A stretch of 64,000 bases of DNA from Octopus vulgaris (taxonomy: Eukaryota), in contig OX597841.1 in NCBI GenBank assembly GCA_951406725.2, forward strand, positions 2,294,001 to 2,358,000, read 5' to 3'. The notes beneath the pieces are model-generated. The model was not told the DNA's origin, searched no databases, and saw only the letters and a program-made list of their open reading frames with translations. The position numbers and the translations under genes were made by a program. The stretch's first letter is position 1; each line of letters starts with the position of its first letter. This document shows, one piece after another, positions 40,085-52,474 of the stretch.

Positions 40085-41430
40085 ATTATATAGGCCTCTG
40101 GGTCTATATAATGTATATAGGCCCCTGGAGGCACCCTGGGCCTATACACATTATATAGGCCCCTGAGCATATATACACTATTTAGGCCCCTGGGATTATA
40201 TATATAGTGTATATAAGGACAAGGGCCTGTATAGTCTAGGCCACCAGGTCCACTATACACTATAGGCACCCTGTGCCTGTATTCTTTATATAGGCCCCTG
40301 GGTCTATTTACACTATATAGTCCCTGAGCCTATGTGACGTATATAGGGAAAGGGGCCTGTATAGTTTATATAGGTATGCAGTGCCTGTATGCACTATAGG
40401 CCCCCTGGGCCTATATATAGTGTAGATAGGGACAAGTGCCTGTATAGTGCTGGCCACCTGGTCAACTATACACTATAAGACCACTGGGCCAGTACATATT
40501 ATAGAGGTCCCTGAGTCTATATACACTGTATAGGCCTCTGGGCCTATATACACTTTATAGTGTATATTAGCCCAGCATGCCTGTATAGCCTATATAGACC
40601 CACCAGGGCCTATATAGACTCTGAAAAAAAATTGGACCTATATTGCAAGTTCTATATACACTGTATAATGTATATTGGCCCAGGATGCCTGATATAGGCA
40701 ATAGCCTATATAGGCCCACCAGTGCCTATAATGACTGAGCCTATATAGCCTCTGATAAAAAAAACTGCGCCTATATTGCAACTTCTGCACTTGTATAGGA
40801 TTCGTATGAAAATTTTCAAAATATTTTTAATTGATTTCCTGGAAATTTCTGAAAAAGTTTTCAAAGGAACATGATGAAAACTAGTAAAAATATATACGCC
40901 CACGGGTCCTTTTTAGGCTATTTAGCACCCACCCCACCCCAGTATCGATATGCTATATAGGCCCATTCTCGGCCTATGTAGTCTATATTGGCACCCATGG
41001 GTATAAGTAGTTATATAGTCTCCTAAGCAAACTCTCGGAACACCTAGGCCTATATTGCAACTTCTGCACCTGCATAGGATTTTAATGAAAATTTTGAAAA
41101 ACGTTTCAAAGGAATTTGATGAAAATTTTGAAAAACCTTTCAAAGGAATTTGATGAAAACCTTCAAAACTTTCCAAAGTGTTCCATGAAAATTCTGAAAA
41201 AATTTTCAGAAGAGTTTGATAAAAATTTTGTTTCACGAAATTTTTTTAAAATTTTCACCAAATTCCTTAGAAGAGTTTTTAAAATTTTCATCAAATTCCT
41301 TAGAAGAGTTTTTCAAAATTTTCAACATATTCCTTAGGAAACGTTTTGAAAATTTTCCTCCAATTCCTTTGAAAAGTTTGTCAAAATTTTCACAAAAAAC
41401 CTCTAAAAGCTTTTCAAAATTTTCATCATA
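40085..41430. repeat. Degenerate satellite-like tract: GGCCTATA/TATAGGCC motifs followed by inverted GAAAATTTT/GGAATTTGATG repeats
   Basis: Direct inspection. Confidence 0.7.
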
Positions 41431-41731
41431 GTAAATTGTGGAACTGGTATTCAACAAAGAACAATGTGTAGGGTTGAAGGAGAAGTTTCAGTATAGGGGT
41501 CCCTACATCATAGGAAATGAAAAGAGCATGGAAGTGAGGCTTGTGTGAAAAGGTATGAATACAAAATAAAAAAACTGGAATTTTTGGAAATTCTTTATTT
41601 TCAGAATTGTAATTTCCATTACATGAAAAACAGAAATATTAAGAAAAAGAACAGAAGAAACAATTAGAAATTAGTCTTTTCCTTTCTCTTCTCTATGAAG
41701 ACATACATGTCTTGTTAAATTACTACTTTCA

Positions 41732-41890
<159 letters not shown>

Positions 41891-41903
41891 TTAACCACAA
41901 TTA

Positions 41904-43463
41904 TCACTTCTCTCTTGTATGAATACCTATGTGTGCAGCTAAGTTACTGCTTTTAGTGAACGATTTACCACAGATATCACAATGGTATGGCTTCTCTCCT
42001 GTATGAATACGCTTGTGTATAGTTAATTTACTACTTTCAGTGAATGATTTATCGCAGATATCACACTGATATGGTTTCATGCCTGTATGAATACGTGTAT
42101 GTCTTCTTAAGTCATTCCTGCGAAAGAAAGATTTACCACAGATATCGCAGTTATATGGCTTCTCTCCCGTATGAATACGCTCGTGTGCATTTAAGTTACT
42201 ACTTTCAATGAATGATTTACCACAGATATCACACTGATATGACTTCTCATCTGTATGAATACGTTTGTGTTTAGTCATGTCATTATTGCAGATGAAAGAT
42301 TTACCACAGATATCACAATGATATGGTTTCTCTCCTGTATGAATACGCTTGTGTGCAGTTAATTTACCACTTGAAATGAATGACTGACCACAGATATCAC
42401 ACTGATATGGTTTCATTCCTGTATGAATACGTCTGTGTCTAGTAATGTCACTACTGTAAGTGAAAGATTTACCACAGACATCACAGTGATATGGCTTCTC
42501 TCCTGTATGGATACGTTTGTGTGCAGTTAATATACCACTTTCAATGAAAGATTTTCCACAGATATCACAGTGATATGGCTTCTCTCCTGTATGAATACGT
42601 CTGTGTTTAGTTATGTCATTACTGCGGATGAAAGATTTACCACAGACGTCACAATGATATGGCTTCTCTCCTGTATGAATACGCTTGTGTGCAGTTAATA
42701 AACTACTTTCAAAGAATGATTTACCGCAGATATCACACTGATATGGTTTTTCTCCTGTATGAGTACGTTTGTGTGAAGTTACACTATAACTTTGAGAGAA
42801 TGATTTACCACAGATATCACAGTGGTATGGTCTCTCTCCTGAATGAATACGTTTGTGTATAGTTAAGTCATTATTTCGAGAGAATGATTTACCACAGATA
42901 TCACAATGGTATGGCCTCTCTCCAGTATGAACACGTACGTGTGCAGTTAAATGGCTACTGTCAGAAAATGATTTACCACAGACATCACAATGACATGGCT
43001 TCTCTCCTGTATGAATACGCTTGTGGGCAGTTAATTTACCACTTTCAATGAATGCTTTACCACAGATATCACAATGGTACGGTTTCTCTCCTGTATGAAT
43101 ACGTCTGTGTTTAGTTAGAGCACCATTATCAGAGAATGATTTACCACAGATATCACAGCGAAAAGGCTTCTCTCCTGTATGAATACGTATGTGCGAAGTC
43201 AAGGTACTACTTTGAGTGAATGATTTACCACAGATGCCACAGTGATATGGCTTCTCTCCTGAATGAAGGCGTTTGTGTTTAGTTAAGTCACTATTTCGAG
43301 AGGCTGATTTACCACAGATATCACACTGATACAGTTTTTCTCCTGAATGAATACATTTGTGTTTAGTTAAGTCACTATTATCAGAGAATGATTTACCACA
43401 GACATCACAGTGATGTGGTTTTTCTTCTGAATGTATTTCTGTAATTTTTTCACTCTTTTCCAT
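41904..43463 (-). CDS. ZF6: C2H2 zinc-finger protein, about 18 fingers, 519 aa
   Basis: Intact ORF starting at ATG. Confidence 0.92.
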   Translation of the reverse strand: MEKSEKITEIHSEEKPHHCDVCGKSFSDNSDLTKHKCIHSGEKLYQCDICGKSASRNSDLTKHKRLHSGEKPYHCGICGKSFTQSSTLTSHIRIHTGEKPFRCDICGKSFSDNGALTKHRRIHTGEKPYHCDICGKAFIESGKLTAHKRIHTGEKPCHCDVCGKSFSDSSHLTAHVRVHTGERPYHCDICGKSFSRNNDLTIHKRIHSGERPYHCDICGKSFSQSYSVTSHKRTHTGEKPYQCDICGKSFFESSLLTAHKRIHTGEKPYHCDVCGKSFIRSNDITKHRRIHTGEKPYHCDICGKSFIESGILTAHKRIHTGEKPYHCDVCGKSFTYSSDITRHRRIHTGMKPYQCDICGQSFISSGKLTAHKRIHTGEKPYHCDICGKSFICNNDMTKHKRIHTDEKSYQCDICGKSFIESSNLNAHERIHTGEKPYNCDICGKSFFRRNDLRRHTRIHTGMKPYQCDICDKSFTESSKLTIHKRIHTGEKPYHCDICGKSFTKSSNLAAHIGIHTREK

Positions 43464-44070
43464 TATTATTTTTTTCTCAAATCACAATGTAGATATAAAT
43501 ATTAATATTTCCTTGTTTTTCTTCTTGTTTAATCTTAGAAATATTTCCACTTCTGTAGTTCTGTCCACTGTTTCCCTTCTCTAGTAAATCTATCCAAGTC
43601 TTATATAAATGTATCCAAGTCTGCTCAGCACACAAACTCATCTCCTCAACACTCCAGTCAGATGTGCAGAACTTTTGCTAATGATATTAGAACAAATACT
43701 TCACAGAAATCGATAACAGATTTATTGAAACACTGTTATTCATCTGCTTTGTACATAAGTTTCTTTCAGTTTGACAACATGATAAATATTGAGAATATTC
43801 TGTTATACCAATGTCATCTGAAATAATAAAGAAACAACAGTGTAAGATAAAGAAGTTGCTTTCAAAATACAGATTCAACAGTGGAAAATTTACAACATTT
43901 CTACAGAGATAAACTTAAGAAATAAGCATTTACCCGAACAACTGAACTTTTTAATGTATTAAAATTTACATCACAGAATCTTCTGTGTTGCTTACATATT
44001 TGTAAACAACAGCTACACCTTCGCATTGTGTAATATTATTTAGATTAAACAACAGAATAGCAAATAATAA

Positions 44071-44497
44071 CATCCATAGCTAGAAATAGCAGCCAAATCT
44101 CGCACAAAACAAAGACATCTCTCTCTTCCATAGCTAGAAATAGCAGCCAAATCTTGCACAAAACAAAGACATCTCTCTCTTCCATAGCTAGAAATAGCAG
44201 CCAAATCTTGCATAAATCCTGGACATCTCTCTTCCATAGCTAGAAATAGCAGCCAAATCTTGCATAAATCATGGACATCTCTCTTCCATAGCTAGAAATA
44301 GCAGCCAAATCTTGCATAAATCCTGGACATCTCTCTTCCATAGCTAGAAATAGCAGCCAAATCTTGCATAAATCCTGGACATCTCTCTTCCATAGCTAGA
44401 AATAGCAGCCAAATCTTGCATAAATCATCGACCTCTCTTCCATAGCTAGAAATAGCAGCCAAATCTTGCATAAATCATGGACATCTCTCTTCCATAA
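44071..44497 (-). repeat. 52/54-bp tandem array (about 8 units) in ZF6 intron 1
   Basis: CCATAGCTAGAAATAGCAGCCAAATCT repeated. Confidence 0.95.
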
Positions 44498-44584
44498 AAG
44501 ACAGAAGAGACACAAAGAATGAACATGTCAAAAACCGAACGTCTCATATATTTAAGATAAAAGATTGAATATTTTCGTTGTTGA

Positions 44585-44736
44585 ATACTTACGTGAATGC
44601 TTGATGTGGACAGCGTTACTATAAACGGTGTTTATGTTGGTTGAGAAATGAATTAAAAGACGAAGAAGAGAAATTCAGGCGAAGGACATTTCTCATCCGA
44701 TGCCAAGAAACGGAGGTACGAGTATTGCGCATGCGT
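44585..44736 (-). promoter_or_regulatory. ZF6 predicted promoter (palindrome at 44726-44736), exon 1 and donor at 44592
   Basis: Reverse complement of the ZF5 promoter. Confidence 0.65.
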
Positions 44737-45062
44737 ATTCTTTCATATATAATACTTTGAGGGGATAAGACTTGTTATCTCCCTTTACGTCTTGTGATTG
44801 AAAGTATTTCTCTGTATTTATTGCATCTGATTAAATGGTAAATTGGGGATCGATAGGGATTTTGGGAAATATCCAAATGTAATTTCTACTTTACTTCTTA
44901 TTTGAGAGGAGCATCGAAAAAGAAACATTTTGGCGGTCAAACTAAAGCTTTTGACCCTGTCATACAAAACAAAAAGATTCTTTTTATCTGGTGGAAATGT
45001 AGGGGCCTACTATCTCTAAATTAAAATATATTTCTTCATTGAGAATAATTATGCCGGAATTT

Positions 45063-45252
45063 GGATCTTTTCCTTTTGAACGGCAGTTTTCAACACAATT
45101 TCTAGTTAACCAAACACTTTTAAACTTTGTATACTGGTAGAATGTGTCAAAATGGCTTTCTTGAGAAAATTGTAATTTGTAAGTTTAACGTAGTTTAATT
45201 TTTCGAATTTTAACCAATCCTATTGCCTCTATTGAGCTAAAATCAAAGATCC
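45063..45252. mobile_element. GGATCTTT-type MITE with 8-bp TSD CGGAATTT
   Basis: TSD at 45055-45062 and 45253-45260; ends GGATCTTT / AAAGATCC. Confidence 0.75.
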
Positions 45253-45290
45253 CGGAATTTTTATTCCCTAAAAAAATAATATTTAAATAT

Positions 45291-45333
<43 letters not shown>

Positions 45334-45558
45334 GTGTGTGTGTGTGCGTGTAAATATATACTACTTATGCATGACTGTGTCTGTATATATATTCATGTCT
45401 ACATGTGTGCTTTTAATTTGCACAGTAAAGATGTCTTCTAGAAATTTAACCCAGAGATGCTATAATGAGACGCACTCAATACGGGCGACGTAAAGACCGA
45501 CATGAAACATCAAGGGAGGTAAACAGAGTGAACTAATGGAAACATCGAGTCCAAAAAC

Positions 45559-45690
45559 GCGCATGCGCACTATGCGTCCATCTCTTTCCATTTTAGCATC
45601 GAATTATTTATGTCCATTGCTTGAATTTATGAATACATTTATAATACTTTGTAAACAACACTATCCTTTATAAAACATTGCTGTAAGTAT
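45559..45690 (+). promoter_or_regulatory. ZF7 predicted promoter (GCGCATGCGCA), exon 1 and donor at 45683
   Basis: Motif and post-donor sequence match the ZF2-type first exon. Confidence 0.65.
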
Positions 45691-45789
45691 TAAACAAGGA
45701 AAATATTCAGTCTTTTTAATTCTGTAGACTTTCGATATTTGACGTCTCGATTCTTTGTGTTTTTTCTATCTTTTATGAATGAATGATTT

Positions 45790-46657
45790 CTATGATTTGG
45801 CTGCTATTTCTAGCTATGGAAGAGAGGTGTCTATAATTTGTGCGAGATTTGGCTGCTATTTCTAGCTATGGAAGAGAAGTGTCTATGATTTGTGCGAGAT
45901 TTGGCTGCTATTTCTAGCTATGGAAGAGAGGTGTCTATAATTTGTGCGAGATTTGGCTGCTATTTCTAGCTATGGAAGAGAAGTGTCTATGATTTGTGCG
46001 AGATTTGGCTGCTATTTCTAGCTATGGAAGAGAGGTGTCTATGATTTGTGCGAGATTTGGCTGCTATTTCTAGCTATGGAAGAGAAGTGTCTATGATTTG
46101 TGCGAGATTTGGCTGCTATTTCTAGCTATGGAAGAGAGGTGTCTATGATTTGTGCGAGATTTGGCTGCTATTTCTAGCTATGGAAGAGAGGTGTCTATGA
46201 GTTGTGCGAGATTTGGCTGCTATTTCTAGCTATGAAAGAGAGGTGTCTATGATTTGTGCGAGATTTGGCTGCTATTTCTAGCTATGGAAGAGCGGTGTCT
46301 ATGATTTGTGCGAGATTTGGCTGTTATTTCTAGCTATGAAAGAGAGGTGTCTATGATTTGTGCGAGATTTGTCTGCTATTTCTAGCTATGGAAGAGCGGT
46401 GTCTATGAGTTGTGCGAGATTTGGCTGCTATTTCTAGCTATGGAAGAGAGGTGTCTATGATTTGTGCGAGATTTGGCTGCTATTTCTAGCTATGGAAGAG
46501 CGGTGTCTATGATTTGTGCGAGATTTGGCTGCTATTTCTAGCTATGGAAGAGAGGTGTCTATGATTTGTGCGAGATTTAGCTGCTATTTCTAGCTATGGA
46601 AGATAGGTGTCTATGATTTGTGCGAGATTTGGCTGCTATTTCTAGCTATGGAAGAGT
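45790..46657 (+). repeat. 52/53-bp tandem array (about 16 units) in ZF7 intron 1
   Basis: Unit CTATGGAAGAGAGGTGTCTATGATTTGTGCGAGATTTGGCTGCTATTTCTAG. Confidence 0.95.
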
Positions 46658-47669
46658 GATGTCGTCAAAAAAAAAAAAATAGTGCAACGGGTGTTAAAAA
46701 ATGGGGAGCAGGAAACGAAAATGAAAGCAAAAATGCGTGGAAAGCAACGGCGGGATGGGGAGAGGACTTCGGAAAATTCACAAGATCCGAGTTTTTCCCT
46801 AATAACTTTTAGGAAAATGGTTTTATTTTTTTTAAATGAAATTTTATATAAATACCTTTCAAACGGCATACATTACGATTATAACGAAATTTATGGGTAA
46901 AATCTTTTCCTAGGGGTGGGGAGAGGACTTCGGTAGAATTTATCTCCTTTCATAAAAGGGGTTAATTTTGTATTTTCGTTTTATTATCATCATCATCATC
47001 ATTATTATTATTTTTGTATTATAAATTCAGAATTGATTTTCCAATTAAGGAATAAATTGTATCTCAATTGAAGAATAAATTGAATTTAGAATCACAAATT
47101 TCTATACAACATATTTTGCTTTTTTCTTCCAAAATATACAAAATTTCATTCGGGGACAACACCAGGTGTCTCTGCTAGTAAATTAAAGAGTTCAGTTGTG
47201 AGGTAGATGTTTATTTCTACAGTTCCTCTCTACAGACGTGTTGTAGATTTTCCACTGTTGAATCTGTACTTATAAAGTAACCTTTATATCTTTAACTGTT
47301 GTTTCTTTATTATTTCAGAATATCAGATGACATTTGGGATACCAAAAGATATATGCTCCTTATCTATCATCTTTTGAAGACTGAAGAAAAATGTTATACT
47401 GAAGAGATATATAACACTGTTTCTATAAATCTTTGGCAGAATTACTGTGAAATATTTCCTCTGAACTGTGATTATTAGCAAAATGTGTACTACACTGATT
47501 GTAGTGTCTACAAGATTAGATTGTGTAAACTAAACTTGAATAAATTTACAAGAGTTCTTAGATAAAGGTAACACTAGACAAAAATACAGCAGTATGTATA
47601 ATTGTAAAGAATAAAGTACAAGAACAAAAGCAAGAAATATATATGCATTGTGATTTGAGAAGGTAAATA

Positions 47670-48743
47670 ATGGAAAAGATCGAGAAATCTGAGGAAATGA
47701 TTTTTCCTGAAGGTACGATAAAAGAGAAAAGTAAATTGTCATACAACTGTGATATCTGTAAAAAGTCCTTCTCTCAAAAAGGTAACCTGAATACTCACAA
47801 ACGTATTCATACTGGGGAGAAGCCATATCATTGTGATATTTGTGGTAAATCATTCACTGGAAGTATTGACTTAACTAGGCATGTACGCATTCATACAGGT
47901 GAAAAACCATATCATTGTGATATCTGTGGTAAATCCTTCTCTCAAAGTGTTGTCTTAACTACACACAAACGTATTCATACAGGAGAGAAGCCATATCACT
48001 GTGATATCTGTGGTAAATCATTCTCTCGAAGTTACCATGTCACTTCTCACAAACGTATTCATTCAGGAGAGAAGCCCTATTGTTGTGATATCTGTGGTAA
48101 ATCATTCTCTGAAAGTAGTGTCTTAACTAAACACAAGCGTATTCATACAGGAGAGAAGTCATATCGCTGTGATATCTGTGGTAAATCATTCTCTCTAAGT
48201 AACCACTTAGCTGATCACAAAAGTATTCATACAGAGGAAAAGAGATATCTCTGTCACATCTGTGGTAAATCATTCTCTGTAAGTAATCACTTGGCTGATC
48301 ATAAAAGGGGTCACACTGGAGAGAAGAGGTATCTCTGTGACATCTGTGGTAAATCATTCTCTGAACGTAGTGCATTAACTAGACACAGCCGTATTCACAC
48401 AGGGGAGAAGCCATTTCATTGTAATATCTGTGGTAAATCATTCTGCAGAAGTAGTGACTTTACAAAACACAAACGTATTCATTCAGGAGAGAAACCATAT
48501 CACTGTGATATCTGTAATAAATCATTCTCTCAAGGTAATAACTTAGCTAAACACATATATATTCATACAGGAGAGAAGTCATATCACTGTGATATCTGTG
48601 CTAAATCATTCTCCACAAGTAGTGCCTTGACTTCTCACAAACGTGTTCACACAGGGGAAAAACCATATCACTGTGATATCTGTGGTAAATTATTCTCTCA
48701 AAACAGTGACTTAACTAAACACAGACGTATTCATACAAGATAA
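47670..48743 (+). CDS. ZF7: C2H2 zinc-finger protein, about 12 fingers, 357 aa
   Basis: Intact ORF starting at ATG. Confidence 0.92.
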   Translation: MEKIEKSEEMIFPEGTIKEKSKLSYNCDICKKSFSQKGNLNTHKRIHTGEKPYHCDICGKSFTGSIDLTRHVRIHTGEKPYHCDICGKSFSQSVVLTTHKRIHTGEKPYHCDICGKSFSRSYHVTSHKRIHSGEKPYCCDICGKSFSESSVLTKHKRIHTGEKSYRCDICGKSFSLSNHLADHKSIHTEEKRYLCHICGKSFSVSNHLADHKRGHTGEKRYLCDICGKSFSERSALTRHSRIHTGEKPFHCNICGKSFCRSSDFTKHKRIHSGEKPYHCDICNKSFSQGNNLAKHIYIHTGEKSYHCDICAKSFSTSSALTSHKRVHTGEKPYHCDICGKLFSQNSDLTKHRRIHTR

Positions 48744-51700
48744 AAGCCATCCCATTGTGATATCAATGGCACATCATTCTCTGTAAGTCTTCAATTAGCT
48801 AAATGCAAACATATTCTTAGAGGAGAGAAACCATGTCACTGATGTATGTGGTAAATCTTTCACTGAAAGTAGCCACTGATGCAGACATGTATATATTCAT
48901 ATACAAGTATAACTATATCAATGTAAAATTTCATAGCAACAACGAATATTTTGACCTTTACCTATAGTGTGAAAAGCCTTGTGGGTTTTAATCTCAGCAA
49001 TAACTGACACGTTGAGGCACTGTATTTTTCAGCTAGTTGACCCTTCTTGATGCAACTCACTTTAGATATCTCCTATAGCATACAGTGATATTGATTTTAG
49101 TTAAAATTCCTCTATAAGATAAAAAATTGCTCATCTGTATCAATATGTATTCATATAAAGAAGGAGATACAACAGTGTGTGGCAACTGCCTCCCAATACT
49201 ACATTTTATTTCACAACAACTATATTTTCACAGGTGAGATAATTTATGTCTGGGATATTTTTAATAAAGGCAATTTCTTCTCGCTTTTGAATTCGTTTTG
49301 AATTCGTATTGATCTGAAACTATGTTGAAACTAATATTGTTATATTTGGGAAAAGCTATAATTAATAAAGTCTAATACATGTTTGTTTGTTTGTTTTTTC
49401 ATTTATTCTTTTTTTTTTAAGCAGTTGATGTTTGTGTCCCACAAAATATTTTTCATCACACTGATCTGTAGCTTTCTGAATGGTGTGGTGACAAAGTTTC
49501 TCTCACCTTTCGTCATCTGACTCCAGATCATTTCCTCCATTACAGCAAAACCCCTGTTTCTGTCTCTGCCTCTCAGTTACACTCTAACCTTTCATCCTCT
49601 GACACAAGTTCCCTCTTCAAATGCCCCTGCCCCTCTCAAAATTCCTTGTCTTGCAAGTTACTTGGTGATCCTGCCAGTGCTGGTGCCACGTAAAAAGCAT
49701 CCAGCCATAAAAACCTTGCCAAAACAGACATAGTAACCTGGAGTAGTCTTCTACCTGGCTGGCTTCTGTCACATGTTCTGCCCATGCATGCACTGAAAAT
49801 GGATGTTAAGCGATATGATTATGATCACACCCACACACATAAAGAGATGACAATGGAAAATCTGAATGTTGTGTAAAGACTTCATTAGCTTACAATTGTT
49901 TGTGCTATAGATGTGGTGAACTCTTAGTTTCTCATCAGATAACATTTAGATTTTCCAGTGTCATTTCTTTGTTTTCTGTTACTGCTCTACGCTCATATAA
50001 CATTGTGTCCTGGACTTCATGTATCTTGAGTTCTACTCCAGGTTATCAGTTTCACTATGTCTAAGTAAAATATTAAATTATTTGTATGTTTGTGCGTACA
50101 TCGGTCTCCTACATATCACAGGCCTTTAATGGCAACTTGAGACGGTCCTTAAATTGCAGCCTTTGTTTCTTCTGGGGCCTCTTTTCACTAACAAGTTCCC
50201 TATATAACATTTGTTTAGGGATCCTGCTATCCTTCTAATAAGGTGTCCAGTCCAACATAACCAGTGTTTGTGCACCATTGCCTCAATACTCAACATATCA
50301 GCTTTCCTCAGGACCTGTGTGTTTGGATTTTTTAAGGCCCTGCTAACATTCAGGATATGTCAATGCCTGTCATCACCACAGATGGAGGGAGCAGGTTAAG
50401 GAGGGGGTCAACACCTATGTGAGAGCACATATTCTGCATGAAGAATTTAAGCCTGCTGGTGTAGTGAATGGGGAAATCTTGGTTTCCAATGTTTGCAGTC
50501 GTGTATGCTTGTCAAGAGCAGGGCTCATTAGTCACCATTGGAGCTGCAAATGCAAAACATAAGTTAGTCCTAGAGCACAAAATGTTCCTAAAGGTCAGCA
50601 ATAGTCTTCCTCAGTCACAAGTACACGACCATCATCATCATCATGCACGTATGTACATATATACAAGAGAGTGAAAAAAGAAAAGAAAGAGACAGCACAT
50701 TTAAGAGTTAAATTTTTTATTTAAAAAAACATTACAAGAACATAGCTTATCAGGCAAAGGCAACTGAATGCAGAGACTGAGGAAGGTCAAGATGCTTACT
50801 GGATATTGAGCTGCTATTGGTTAAGGAGGGTTGTGCAGCATTGTTGATAACAGTATTGATATATCAGTGAGATAAGATAGAGATCCCAATCTGAAGATTA
50901 TAGACCATGAGAATGGACAGGATGTTGGTGGCACTGTATGGTAGTATGGAGGCAAAAACTTAAGCAATACCAACTTTGCCTTTCATCCTTTCGGGGTCGA
51001 TTAAATAAGTACCAGTTACGCACTGGTGTCGATATGATCGACTTAATACCTATGTCTGTCCTTGTTTGTCCCCTCTATGTTTAGCCCCTTGTGGGTAGTA
51101 AAGAAATATATAGTGTGTGCGTTCACCTGCTGTATGAATGCCTGTCTGTTGCATGTGTGTGACCTGATGGCATCAGCTCCACAGCGTGTATATACGTGTT
51201 TGCTAGGGTGGGTATCAACTGTGTGAGTGTACACATATGCAGGACTCTGTGTGTGTGTGTGTGTGTGTATACATGTGCACCAGTGCCATCTGTGGGCATG
51301 TGTCTATGCATACATGTCTGGGATGCATGAGTTTGTGTGCATACCAATGTCTGGTGTGTGTGAACATACTCATTTCTGTATTTGTAAGTGTATGTAAGAA
51401 TGTGTGTAAGCATATCTGCATGAAAGTCTGTGTGTGTGTGTGTGTATGTGTGCTTGCGTACAGTATTGATATATCAGTGAGATAAGATAGAGATCCCAAT
51501 CTGAAGATTATAGACCATGCTCTAACATAAGTGTTGACCCCCTCCTTAACCTGCTCCCTCCATCTGTAGTGATGACAGGCATTGACATATCCTGAATGTT
51601 AGCAGGACCTGAAAAAATCATCCGATCATGGCCGTTTGCCAGCCTTGCCTAGCAAACAGGTATATACACACTGTGGAGCTGATGCCATCAGGTCACACAC

Positions 51701-52474
51701 ATATGCATTCATACAGCAGGTGAACACGCACACACTATCTATTTCTTTACTACCCACAAGGGGCTAAACATAGAGGGGACAAACAAGGACAGACATAGGT
51801 ATTAAGTCGATCATATCAACCCCAGTGCGTAACTAGTACTTATTTAATCGACCCCGAAAGGATGAAAGGCATATGAGCATTCGTACCCCTAGCAACATAT
51901 CCCAACCACACAATCCAAGAAACACAGCTTGAGATATGCATTTGATATCCCTCATATTTCAATACTATTATCAACAACACCATGTGACCTGCCTCGACCA
52001 ATAACATCCTAGTCTCCAGTAACCACTTTGGAATTCCTCTATCTCTGCATTTAATCATCTGAGCCTGACAAGCTAGGTTCCTATGATGAGCCTAAAAGAC
52101 TTCATGGGGCCAAATCAGACCCTTTTTAAATAAAAATAATAATAATCCTTTTTACTAAAGGCACAAGGCCTGAAACCTGGTGGGAGGGGACTAGTCAATT
52201 ACATTGACCCCAGTGCATAACTGGTACTTGATTTATTGACTAGAAAAGATAAAGGCAAAGTCAACCTCAGCAAAATTTGAACTCAGAACATGAAAACAAA
52301 CGAAATTCCACCAAGTATTTTAATCAGCATGCTAACGTGTCTGCCATCTTGCCGCCTAAATAATAATAATAATCCTTTCTGTTATTAGCATAAGACCTCG
52401 GGTTTTGGGGGAGGGAGCCAGTGCATAACTGTTACTTCATGGACCCCAAAAGGATGAAAGGCAAAGTCAACCTC

